A DNA stretch of 64,000 nucleotides from Phoronis australis (taxonomy: Eukaryota; Animalia; Phoronida), in the NCBI GenBank assembly GCA_002633005.1, contig NMRA01000437.1, positions 30,330 through 94,329 of the forward strand. The letters run 5' to 3'. The notes beneath the pieces are model-generated. The model ran no database searches, was not told the origin of the DNA, and worked only from the letters and a program-made list of their open reading frames with translations. Numbering within the stretch: the stretch's first letter is position 1; each line of letters starts with the position of its first letter. Shown piece after piece: positions 1-10,951 of the stretch. A program made the translations under genes and the position numbers.

Positions 1-315
1 GAGAGCTTCAGACATTTCCCACGATTCATTGTTTTCTTCTTTCAAGCCATGGACGATTACATTATCACGCCTGGACCGATTTTCTAGGTCATCAATTTTC
101 GCGCTCAGATCTTTAATAAACGTTTTCAATTTTTCGTTCTCTCTTTTCGTGTCTTCATATTCTGTTCTGAGTTTGTTGAATTCTTTTTCCATATTATCGA
201 ATCGCTTGTTTAATGATTCCAAAAGATCTTTGTTTGAGATGTCTTGATTGGGGCTCATATAATCAGCAATAGAGCTGCGAGTATTTGCGCGGCCCCTGTC
301 TTTGCTTCTTGGCAT
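1..315 (-). CDS. N-terminal part of LINE (non-LTR retrotransposon) ORF1, L1/Transposase_22-like coiled-coil + RRM start; runs off the window edge
   Basis: ATG at 315 opens an uninterrupted frame to base 1: MPRSKDRGRANTRSSIADYMSPNQDISNKDLLESLNKRFDNMEKEFNKLRTEYEDTKRENEKLKTFIKDLSAKIDDLENRSRRDNVIVHGLKE... A heptad coiled coil followed by the LENRSRR-N-I-G-E signature of LINE ORF1 proteins. Absent from the ORF track because it has no stop in the window. Confidence 0.85.
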   Translation of the reverse strand, partial: MPRSKDRGRANTRSSIADYMSPNQDISNKDLLESLNKRFDNMEKEFNKLRTEYEDTKRENEKLKTFIKDLSAKIDDLENRSRRDNVIVHGLKEENNESWEMSEAL

Positions 316-563
316 TGTAATGGCGGATTACGTAACAACAATGGAGAGAGGAGGGATAGGCATCCTAGCAAATACAGTTTTGTCCTGTAGACTATGAGCT
401 GACCATAAAACTTACATTTGTGATAATTCCTCTGTCTCTATGTCTAAATACAGCAACGCACAAATTCCTGAGGCTTGGTTGTCCGTAAATTCCGAGGTAT
501 CTGATATATTATGAGGAGCACAATCACTGAGTCGACATGCCTATATGCAGCAGCGCCCTCTTC
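1..563 (-). mobile_element. 5' end (5'UTR + ORF1 start) of a LINE inserted into a hAT-like element
   Basis: ORF1 above plus ~250 bp upstream. Similarity of the neighbouring hAT-like segment to its copy at 16983-17140 stops abruptly at the A-rich TTAATAAA near 563. Confidence 0.7.
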
Positions 564-730
564 TTTATTAATAATAAATGTTAAAATTCTTCGTTTATAG
601 CCTTCATTTTCGCCGAGGTTGTTTTGGAACAGGCCATCTTTTTTCCGTCTTGGCCGTGCCGTCCAAAGCCGTCATTTTTTTAAAAGGGCCGTCCCAAGGA
701 CGGCCAGGACGGCCGCTAGGTGAGTCCCTG
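564..730 (-). mobile_element. Terminal fragment of a hAT-like non-autonomous DNA element (CAGGGACTCA terminus)
   Basis: Reverse complement of 16983-17138, with a CAGGG terminus and GACGGC subterminal repeats. hAT assignment is inferred from the terminus only. Confidence 0.6.
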
Positions 731-1400
731 CTGGTGGGGAATATCAGCCATGCGGTTATAAACAAGGTGCAAAAATTGAGCTAGATCAATCCAAGAGGTA
801 ACCGCATGAAACCAGTTGCAAAATATTCACTGTGAGCCCAGGTATCATGAATGAACACTGCCAGACAAATCTAGTGGTGGGTTAGCCCCGCCAAACACGC
901 CCAAGTACCCGAGTTGAGCTAGATCAACCCACCAGGTAACTGTTTGAAACCAATTGCACGATGTTCAGCATCACTGTAAATGACACAAGTGTTAGATGCC
1001 CGACATTTTCAGTGGTGGGTTGTGCCTCTGCCAGACGATTATCAAAAAGGGTTAAAAATTGAGCTAGATCAACCAAGATGTATCCGCTTAAAACCAGTTA
1101 AAATATTCACCGTAAGCCCAGGTATCACGAATAAACACTGCCAGACAAATCAAGTGGTGGGTTATCCCCGCCAGATACGCCCAAAGGCCTGAGTTGAGCT
1201 AGATCAACCCAAGAGGTAACCGCATGAAACCAGTTCCAAAATATTTGTCGTAAGCCCAGGTATCAAGAATAAATACTGTCAGACAAATCTAGTAGTGGGT
1301 TATCCTCGCCAGACATGCCCAAGTTCCTGAGTTGAGCTAAATCAACCCACCAGGTAACCGTTTGAAACCAATCGTCCGAAGTTCAGCATCACATGCACGT
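731..1400 (+). repeat. Tandem array of ~138-bp units (A/B variants)
   Basis: GAGCTAGATCAA anchor at 778, 916, 1061, 1196, 1334 (spacing 135-145 bp); inverted copy at ~8945-9770. Confidence 0.9.
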
Positions 1401-2121
1401 GGCATAACAGTAAGATGCCCCAATCAGACAAATAAAGAGTCGAAACAAAATTGATTATACATGTAAGCCCATTCACATTGAATAAGCATCATATTGAGGA
1501 ACCAGGCTCTTCGATTTTGATGCGCCCACATATTTATATGTGGACGCATTATGCCATCATCTCTGTCCGTCCGTCTGTCCGGTGGGCGGCGTCCGGCGTC
1601 CGCTGCTCTGTCTCCAAAACCCTTTGACATACGTTCATGAAATTTGGCACGTATGTTCCATTCATGAATGGGACGGCATGTGCGAACTTTCGGACGGATC
1701 CGACTACCGTTGTGCCCCCTAGTGGCAATTTCAGTTTTTTACGCTTACCTTTGTATCTTCAAAAGTCCTGAACAGATTTTCATGAAATTTGGTATGTAGG
1801 CACCTATTAGTGAGATGACGCTATCCTGCCGTTTTCAGGTGGATTCGACATAGTTTGCGCCACGTAGTGGCCATTTTTAGTGTTTACGAGTCTGTTTTTG
1901 TGCGTCCACCCCTCTATCAACCAAACCGCTCAAAGGATTATTGTGAAAATTGGCATGTATATGCTTACTATGTAGAGGACGGTTGACGATGATTTTCTGA
2001 CGATTTCGACTACTGAAGCGCCTCCTAGTGGCAGTTTTGATTTTTTGCGCCTATGGCTGTATCTCCTAAACCGTTCGCGGGATCTTTACGAAATTGTGTA
2101 AGTATATTTATATGATGTTAA

Positions 2122-3769
2122 CCCTAGTGCTGCTAAGCCCAGGCGTCTCCGGTTTCAACATTCCAATCTGTCTGGCTAATGCCGGAGGTCTCCGGCTGTC
2201 TAGCACTGATCTAAGTAGGTCAAACTCAATTCAAAAATAACGGCCAATCAGAAAATTCAAAAGGGCCTAGTTCGGTTGGGTTGCTTAGAGACAAGCATAA
2301 GATGGTAAGTATTCATAAAAGACTGTTTGTGATTGGCTAATTTAGGCGCATTCCTCAATTGTTCATTGATAAAATATTTCCGCTTTTAAAAATGGCGTCT
2401 TACTTACCTGAATTTGAAAACTTCTACGAAATCTTTAACGATGATGAAAGTGAAGAGGAATTTGAGGGATTTGAGGAAATTAGTGAAGATTCGTCCGATG
2501 ACGATCGCGACTTACCTGCTGGCTCCGAAGCCGAATGGGTTGAAGGCGATCGCGAGCCCGCCCATCTCGGGTTTTCCGCGACTCCCGGTTTGGCTACGGG
2601 AATACACCTGCCAGAAGATCCCCAGCCGCTCGATTTTTTTAAGTTGTTCGTCACCGACAACGATTTTAAAGAAATGGCGTATGAGACCAACAAATACGCG
2701 GCTGACGAACTTTCTAAAAGTCAGGATAGGCTGAAGGAGAATTCCCGGTTTAGGAAGTGGCGAGACACGACCAGGCAAGAAATGAAGGTGTTTATCGCTA
2801 TGACCATCGCGATGGGACTAGTTGTCCAGCTAGATTTGTCTTCTTACTGGACAACTGATGAAGTTTGCGAGACACCTTTCTTTAGAAAGTGTATGTCCAG
2901 GGACAGATTTTGGCTGCTGATGTCTTTTTTTCACCTGGCAGATAATGCCAACCAAATTCGTCGTGGCCTACCTGGATTCAACCCTATTGCACAAACTTGG
3001 ATCATTATACCAGAACATCATTTCCCGCTTTCATTCTGTATATACACCACATCAGCAGCTCTCATTAGACGAAGGAATGGTGCCTTGGAGAGGAAATTTA
3101 TCTTTTCGAGTATACAATCCCGACAAACCAAAAAAGTATGGAATAAAAGCCTACATGATCTGTGATGCAGTAACCGGATATTGTTCGAAATTCAAACTGT
3201 ATTCTGGCAAAAGCGAAACACCCCCTTCTGAAGACGGAGCAACATACGACCTGGTAATGGATTTAATGCGAGGGTACTTTGGACAAGGCTATATTTTATT
3301 CATGGATAATTACTATAGTTCAATTAAACTTTATAAAGATCTGTGGGAGTTAGGTTGCGGTGCGACAGGAACTCTTAGACAAAATCGTCGCGGTGTGCCC
3401 CAATTTGTAAAGGAAAAGAAAGTCAGTAAGGGAGATATATTTTGTGTGCATGATAATAACCTATTACTTGTAAAATTTCATGATAGAAAAGTGGTTCATT
3501 TATTGACAACTGTAGATAAAGGTAGTAAAATAGCAACTGGCAAAACAAATCCACGTGACCAAACCCCTATAGAGAAGCCAGCAGTAGTAATAACGTATGA
3601 TAAATTCATGGGTGGAGTAGATCGCTCTGACCAAATGGTCAGCTATGCTACCTTCAATGCTCGAACCCTTAAATGGTGGAAGAGAGTAATATTTCANGTT
3701 GAGCTTGACCTAAAAATAGCCAGCCAGACAGCCTACTAGACACTGTTTATAGGGATAGCACTACAAGGG
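2122..3769 (+). mobile_element. piggyBac DNA transposon (1648 bp as assembled)
   Basis: TTAA target duplications at 2118-2121 and 3770-3773; imperfect TIRs CCCTAGTGCTGCTA / revcomp CCCTTGTAGTGCTA. Removing the element restores the host repeat (ATGATGTTAACAATGGAAGATG, compare 4211-4235 and 25341-25367). Confidence 0.93.
2392..3739 (+). pseudogene. piggyBac transposase (PGBD4-like), frameshifted near 2985 and lacking the C-terminal region
   Basis: Acidic N-terminus, PLDFFKLF, ETNKYA, MSRDRF...FHLADN in one frame; LSLDEGMVPWRG, YNPDKPKKYGIK, LFMDNYYSS, GATGTLRQNR, YDKFMGGVDRSDQ, KWWKRVIF in the next frame. DDD triad intact; homology ends at an N at 3697. Confidence 0.92.
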
Positions 3770-5115
3770 TTAACAATGGAAGATGACGACTTTTGGACGG
3801 ATCCGACTACCGGTGTGTCCCCTAGTGACAATTTTAGTTTTTTACGCTTACCTTTGTATCTTCAAAAGTCCTGAACGGATTTTCATGGAATTTGGTGTGT
3901 AGGCACCTATTAGTGACATGACGCTATCCTCCCATTTTCAGATGGATTCGACATAGTTTGCGCAACCTAGTGGCCATTTTTAGTGTTTTCGAGTCTGTTT
4001 TTGTGCGTCCACCCCTCTATCAACCAAACCGCTCTAAGGATGATTGTGAAAATTGCGGTGTATGTGCTTACTATAAGGAAGACAGCTGACAATGATTTTC
4101 AGACGATTTGGACTACTGTGGCGCCTTCTAGTGGCAGTTTTTTTTGCGCCCATGGCTGTATTTCCCAAACCGTTTGCAGGATCTTTACTAAATTTAGCAA
4201 GTGTATTTATGTGATGTTGACAACGGACGATGATGTCTTTAGGATGATTCTGACTACCGTTATGCCTCTAGTGGCAATTTTAGTATTTGCCTCCAGTGGC
4301 AATTTTAGTATTTTACATTGACCTCTGTATTTTCATAGGTCTTCAGGTGTATACTTTTTGTTACTTCGTGACTATGAAGGAAAAGTGCCAAGTAGAAATT
4401 TGTTTCTGGCATTCTAATGCTGTGCTAATCTCGTATGTTGGTAAATTTTGTTTTTAATTCTATATTTCTGTGGTGCTTTAAGCAACTGGTGTATAGGATG
4501 TGCTTGTATTATGAAGATTACTCACATTTTGCCCCTAGCCTATTGAGGAGACAATGACCATGCCTTTCCATTTTGCTAAGTACAACATACTACATATATG
4601 TCCTCTACTGGCCACTTTATGGTACCAATAAACAACCCTAGAAGGATACCGTATGCGGTGCAATTGTGGGCGCATTTCAACGCTCTGCGTTGCTCTTGTT
4701 AATAAAGCCACTGAGTCCGTACGACATAGGTTACCACAAAAGGTGAAAGATTTTTGTCTGCAAGTTTACGTCAGGGCATGAAAACCAGAAACATCGCGCC
4801 TGGTGTCGCAGCGACCTCACAAGTCCATGCGAAAACAGCTGAATAATCCACATGATTCACTTTTAAATAGCACATTGTGTTTGCACGAATTTTGATTTTT
4901 CGTTGTCCTATTTTACCAGTCTAAGCTGCGTCCCTCTGTTTTCGGACGAGTCATTTGATGCAACTGCTAAAACGAATAATAACCAAAATGCCGTCTTTTG
5001 CTGTCTTCTGCGTTATGTATGCGCGCCAACTACCTTCATTTCACCCAGTGATTAATGGCAAATTTGGCAAAACTTACCAGCTTTGGGCGATCCATCTTTA
5101 TAGTAAACCGAGCCC

Positions 5116-5250
5116 CAGGGCTCGACATAACAAGCTGCAGGTCGCATTTGCGACCTGAAATTTGGAAATGCGAGCTGAGATTTTTGTCAGCTCGTATCAA
5201 GTGGCAAAATACGACCTGTAATTTCTAACGAATGCGAGCTGAGTTTTTAC
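5116..5250 (+). mobile_element. Possible hAT-like MITE end with subterminal TGCGACCTG/TGCGAGCTG repeats
   Basis: CAGGGCTCGA start followed by several direct and inverted copies of (T)GCGA(C/G)CTG; no partner end found. Confidence 0.35.
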
Positions 5251-7404
5251 ACTTCTCGCCAGATACCTGACAAATATAAAGCAGCTGTTGATCCGACCAT
5301 TACTTGGTTGTTGCCAAATCCAAGTTCAAAAGACCACTAACTGAGAACAGCCCTCCCGATGACTTGTAAGCAAGTCGCGTGACCATGGGATATGCAGAAT
5401 CGATCTCTGATGCGTTTCATTGGCTAACATTTTTGGCCACTTATGCAAATTTCCGGATTTGCCGAAGAAAGTTTCAGGCCACATAACACGTGATAAAACC
5501 TCACAAAACAGTGGTGTTTCTATTAATTCTTAAGCGATCAACTTATCAAACTTTGTGGTGGACAAATATGTTTGTTTTTCGCTTAAGATGTCCTTATTAC
5601 CTTTACCAAATATCCACGACAATATCCCTGATATCGCACTGCGGCACTGGTCGGTCCCGTTGTTAGCGTGCAAGCGGTCCCGGCAAGACAATCGTGACTT
5701 AGATATGTGCGCCTCGTTTTTATCCCATAAGACAGCCAAAGTGAAAATGACAACCTATTAATCCCCAAACAACAATCACATCTTTACTTTCAGTTGCCAA
5801 GAAATTCTCAAACCCCATTACTTGTTTCTCAGTGGGGCTACGTGTGCGAAATATGATTTGTCTTTCACACATTGTTGCCAACGTAAAGTGTAGGCCTATT
5901 CCAGCGATTCAAGTGCGTGAACTCACGCGTGCGCACCGTTTTGAAGCTGTACATCAAAAGAGAACAGCGGCAGTCCTAAATGAAAGAGTATACCGGCTTG
6001 GCTCTGTCAAGAACCCGGGTGCCAATGGTTTATTTGAAAATGAACTCATAGATTTCCGGTGGTTACGATGCTTTACGATATTCCCCGAGACGGATGTAAC
6101 CCAGAACTGATATTTTCCGGTTCCGACGTTTCTCGAGGTCGATGTTCTCTAAACCCTATATTCTATGCCCGTAGCCAGCTATTGCAACTAAACGGGTACT
6201 AGATGCGAAATTGTGTTTAGCGAACTTTTTATTCTTCTCTTCATACACCTCCCCCCGCCCCCTCCCCGGCAACTTTTCGTTCCCCTGACCACCGCCTCCG
6301 CAAAAATGTTCAGACTCCAATAGAAACAATCGTGTTCTAGCTGAAGCGGGCAATTAAAAACAAAATTATTCCGGGTGGCTATAAAGGGTACAGTGTAGGT
6401 GGTAACGATATGCAATAAGTCACCCCTTCTAGATGGAGTTTGCCTCGCAAAATCGTATTATTATGACGTTTCATTGTAGTCTTTTAATATCTTATTACCG
6501 CAAACACTCAGGTTAACGACTATGCTAACGCACAAGCCTACTCCCTACCTTTGAAGTGTTTCACAATAAGCGCTCACTGACCTACTAAGCGTTCCCCCTC
6601 AACTTTTGAGAATTTCCAATTAAGCGCCCACAGTTTAGGCTAGCACCCATCATATCGCACTACAAACGACCGCGTGTGGTTTAAAATTGACTCGCAGCCT
6701 ATATGGTGTGTCATTCTCATTTTACACAACAAAGTCCGTTTTCAAAAACGTCTTTTCTCAATATGTAAAAACCAAATCCCGGCTTTGTTTTATACCTCCG
6801 AAAGAAAGTTAACACTAGTGACATGCGTGCCGTTTTGTGACTGACCTATTTTCCCCATACCTGGAAGGTATTGAGCAAACTTGCTATTACCAGATGGAAA
6901 CTCGCACGGAGGGAGTCGGGAATTATTTGGAGGCTAATCACTTCATGGAAAACTAATTGTTGAGTACGTAAACAGCATAAGTACCACTTTTTTGTAGTTG
7001 TGAAATTTGCACTGAATTGTTTATTCGGTTAAAGCATCGTTTCAAAGATTTTTTCGTCACGTTTTTCAAACATGAGTTAAGTTGCAAAATGTGGGCTGTG
7101 AACAAAAAGCGGAGGAAATTTGCCCTCGGAGTTAGTTCGAATCTTTAACGACTTTGATGCCAGCCAGTAGCAGGTCAGACCTAGCAAAATCCGGGATACT
7201 TTTTCAATGGGTATTTTCTCCCTTTTCAAATCGCAAACTTAGCTACTCGAATGCACGCGTCAGTTAGAGAGCACTAATTCAACTTTCACGTCGGGAACTT
7301 GTCTTGCGCTCTAGAGACTTTCAATGGCGGTCGTGTAGAACAGTAACGCCGTACCTGCATGAACGAAGTCAGTTTTGGTATCTGAAATTCGTGAGTATTT
7401 AACG

Positions 7405-8524
7405 CGGCAGGTTCAATACTCCGAAGGTGCAGTACTCCGAATGCCCATTACTCTGAAGTTTCGTTATCCTCTAAAATTCACTTCTTTGAATTTCCAGTAT
7501 TCCAAAACCAGGACTAGGTCTCTTATCTTTGTGCTCGAAATGAACTCGAAATTATCTTTGGCAATACCTCTCCTCCTTTTGTGCGAGTTCAAGATAAGTA
7601 GTTATCAGACTGTGCTTGAATAAGTATAGTTTATGCATGTGAGTTTCTAGTCCCAAGTTTGTACTTAAAAACCGCCCTTATATTCGTGCTACAACCTCGA
7701 GTAAAAACTCAAAATTTGGAGCTCAAACTCGAACTTTTAGCTTTAATGATGGATTGATCAACTGCAAACAAGGACTAATAAATCATCCACGTAAGTCATT
7801 ATGTACTCAAGCATATAGAGTAATAGACACTTATCTGGAGTTCACACTAAAGTAGAGCAATGCCTAACATAATTTCGAATTCCATTTCGAGTAAAAAGAT
7901 TCGAGACTGGGACCAGAACTCCAATAGTTCACTACTCTGATTGTGTGATCACGACTCACTCTCAAGCAGAGACAACATCTGGGGCACAGCTGCGGCGACC
8001 AACGGCGGTTTCAAATTGAGGAAGACCAAATGGGACTCCCTGATTTTGTGAGAAGTGGTAGGGACTGGGTGGCCTACTAACTTCATTTAGTTTCAACCTG
8101 GCCGTATGCATCGCGCTGCCATTCGATCTTGACATGGACTTGATGAATTGTGTCATGGTTGATAATCCATCAGTATTCCTACTTCGTATCATTTTAAAAT
8201 GCAAGTACGTACACATTTTAAGACATGCGGGCAATTTCGCATACGCATGAAGTCTGACTACGGTTTCTAGTTGTGCTGGCCAGCTGGAGACCGTGGTCAC
8301 TGTCCACATGGAATCCAAACCAAGTGTTTTAGTGCCCGGGTGTTGTTTTCGGTATAGGTGCATCTAATAACTGAAATATCGTTCATTTTTTAATGTAAAA
8401 GTTTCAAAATCACATCTGAGTTTGAAAGTTGAGATATTTTCGAAGGGGTGAATCTTCGGATTGGTGAATCGTCAAACTAGTGAACCTTCCGAGTAGTAAA
8501 CCTTCGAAATAGTGGGATGTTCCC
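7405..8524. mobile_element. Foldback-type MITE with ~15-bp periodic subterminal repeats
   Basis: Left array of GGTTCAATACTCCGAA-like units (7410-7505, resuming 7917-7940) and an inverted right array of TTCGGA(T/G)TAGTGAACC-like units (8440-8524). Confidence 0.5.
7512..7913. mobile_element. MITE (possibly PIF/Harbinger-like) nested in the 15-bp array
   Basis: Imperfect ~32-bp TIRs GGACTAGGTCTCTTATCTTTGTGCTCGAAATG versus revcomp GGTCCCAGTCTCGAATCTTTTTACTCGAAATG; CAG on both flanks is a possible 3-bp TSD. Confidence 0.5.
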
Positions 8525-8944
8525 ATTTCCAGTGATGCAAGCAACTTAAGTAATACAACCAGATGAACAATTTTAAGTCATTCACTGAATAAACTTCATA
8601 TTTCCGTTTGAGTATGCAATGAGGTGTAATCACTCATTTAAGCATGGCTGATTTGAAACTTTGTCAGGAGATAATGTGAGAATGTTCTCTTCCCCCTAAT
8701 TAAGCTGAATCAAAGGCCATATGGAAATTTCTACTTTTCGACGTTAGCAAAATACCAAAGGTCCACCGTTCTTGAAATTCGAACCACCCCCCCCCGCTCA
8801 ATGCTGGCTACGGGCCTGAATAGGATATATGCATTTGGGTAGAGAGATAGGGGCATCTAATATAAAGTCACCACTGCATCGAACAAACCTCTGCATGCTA
8901 CTGCCCCACCACTAGAAATGTATGTAAAATACCTTTTGTTGCAT

Positions 8945-9860
8945 GCAGAATGCTGCTCGACATTATGCAAATGGTTTCAAACGGTTACCTGGCGGGTAAA
9001 TCTGGTCGAACTCAGATATTTGATCCTGTGTGGCGGGGCCAATCCAGTACTAGACTGGTCTCGCAGTGTTTATTCATGATACATGGGCTTACGTAGAATA
9101 TTTTGCAACTGGTTTCATGCGGTTACCTCTTGGGTTGATTTACCTCAAATTTCAACCCTTCTTTAGTCGTCTGGCAGGGACACCCCACCACTGAAATTGT
9201 CTGGCATCTTACGGTTATACGATGTACAGTGATGCTGAGCATCGTGCAGTTGGTTTCAAACGGTTACGTCGTGGGTTGATCTAGCTCAACTAATGTATTT
9301 GGGCGTGTCTGGCGGGCTAACCCACCACGAGATTTGTCTGGCAGTGTTTATTCGTGATACCTGGGCTTACGGTGAATATTTTGGAACTGGTTTTAAACGG
9401 TTACCTCTTGGGTTGATCTAGCTCCATTTTTAACCCTTTTTGATAATCGTCTGGCAGGGGCACCCACCACTGAAATTGTCTGGCATCTAACACTTGTGCC
9501 ATGTACATTCATGCTGAACATCGTGTAATTGGTTTCAAACAGTTACCTGGTGGGTTGATCTAACTCAACTCGGGTATTTGGGCGTGTCTGGCGAGGCTAA
9601 CTCACCACTAGATTTGTCTGGCAGTGTTCATTCGTGATACCTGGGCTAACGGTGAATATTTTGCATCTGGTTTCATGCGGTTACCTCTTGGATTGATCTA
9701 GCTCAATTTTTGCACCTTGTTTATAACCGTGTGGCTGGTACTCCCCACCACTGAAATTGTCTGGCAATGACCAATTTTGATACAGTGGATTACGAGGTAG
9801 GTATCCAAGGCAGTTTGAAGTGGTTACCAGAAAAGTTGATATAGCTCAATTTTTGAGTGT
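8945..9860 (-). repeat. Inverted copy of the ~138-bp tandem array (6-7 units)
   Basis: TTGATCTAGCTC anchors near 9137, 9276, 9413, 9556, 9694, 9836; 9661-9750 is the reverse complement of 731-830. Confidence 0.9.
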
Positions 9861-10439
9861 CATTCTCTTGCCTCCTTTGACCATACCCACCATAGCGAGC
9901 CTGCCAGACAACCATTTCCAAGCATCACGATACCCATAGAGCACTGTGGCACCAAAGAAAATTGGTGTTAAACGCACGTGGCCAGGAAGCGCGCGCGCTA
10001 CATACATGAACCTGTCATCAAAGACCTTAGTCGGGAATTTTCAATTCATGAAACGGGTAGCATAGCATCGATAAGAAATGAACGTTGGCACTAATTTCCG
10101 ACAATTTCTAATACTATAAAACATGTTTGCGTTATTTTTGAGATGTACTGTTTGATTAACCATAATTGGTGTTTTTAAGCCGAACATCCGATAAAGTGAC
10201 AACTGACAGTGAATGCTTACACACCCTTACACCGAAAAATAACTGTCAGATAGTTACGTACGCATCCAGCTACACGGCGACTAATATGGGCCTTACCAAG
10301 ACAAATGTCGAAAGTTTTTAGCACGAGACCGGCGAGTGCTGAATGAAACACGCTCTGGTTTAGGCCTACTGCCTGTGCAAATTTCTTTAGACACATCTAG
10401 CTAGTTAGAGTGCGTGCCTCTGGCCAAAAGACGGTCTCT

Positions 10440-10951
10440 GCTTTGGCAAATGAACTCTGGTGACACGCACGCGCTCGCTTATTCGCAGACGAACTTCAAA
10501 ACAAACGTCACGTGACAACATGTTTGTTCGTCCAGACATTTTTCTCGCCGTGTTGCCGATCATACATGTAGATGCACAGATTTGTATTTAAACCTGCCGT
10601 TAATCCAGACTCCACGGGAACTTAAAAAATCTTAGAGATGCTACTTATAAAACTTAATGAGGATTTTAGGTAATTTGCTTGAGTCAAAACCATTTTTATT
10701 CAATCATTGAAATCGCCATATCGAAGACGGCGATTTCGAGGCAGTCAGTCGGCGAGTTTTCGCCCTGGAATTTCAGCACAATTTTCTGTAAAATGGTCGT
10801 AATTTAGCTGCAAAGTTTGATAGCAATGCACCACAGTTTTGTTGAAAGTCTTTCATAGATTACATATACGTCACAGAGCGTAAATTTTATGAATGTTAGC
10901 TTCCGATTTCACCCGTTTCGGAGACCGGGTTTCAACCGCCTTGGGTTACAA
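10440..10951 (+). mobile_element. Internal fragment of the TA-flanked TIR element family (copy 1)
   Basis: Aligns by eye with 22225-22714, 14987-15088 and revcomp 55598-56060 (e.g. AAAACAAACGTCACGTGAC ... GGAGACCGGGTTTCAACCGCCTTGGGTTACAA). Confidence 0.75.

Larger units (their letters stand above)
1515..4700 (+). mobile_element. Helentron-associated non-autonomous element (HINE, DINE-1/Pearl-like) with internal tandem repeats, interrupted by piggyBac
   Basis: 5' palindrome ATGCGCCCACATAT-TT-ATATGTGGACGCAT (1520-1549), GTCC/GTCT microsatellite (~1563-1602), internal repeats with CCTAGTGGC cores, 3' subTIR TGTGGGCGCAT (4665-4675), hairpin CAACGC-TCT-GCGTTG (4678-4692), ending in TT. Confidence 0.8.
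6164..8818. mobile_element. Pair of hAT-like terminal inverted repeats (TATGCCCGTAGCCAGC ... GCTGGCTACGGGCCTG)
   Basis: 14/16 inverted match between 6164-6179 and 8803-8818. The flanking 8-mers do not match as a TSD, so these may be two independent fragments. Confidence 0.3.

Noticed and set aside
29-247. 72-aa plus-strand ORF from the track
   Set aside because: Antisense shadow of the LINE ORF1 on the minus strand.
731-1400. Regularly spaced repeats as a CRISPR array (also 14149-14290)
   Set aside because: Whole units are homologous or spacers are related, there are no cas genes, and the context is eukaryotic.
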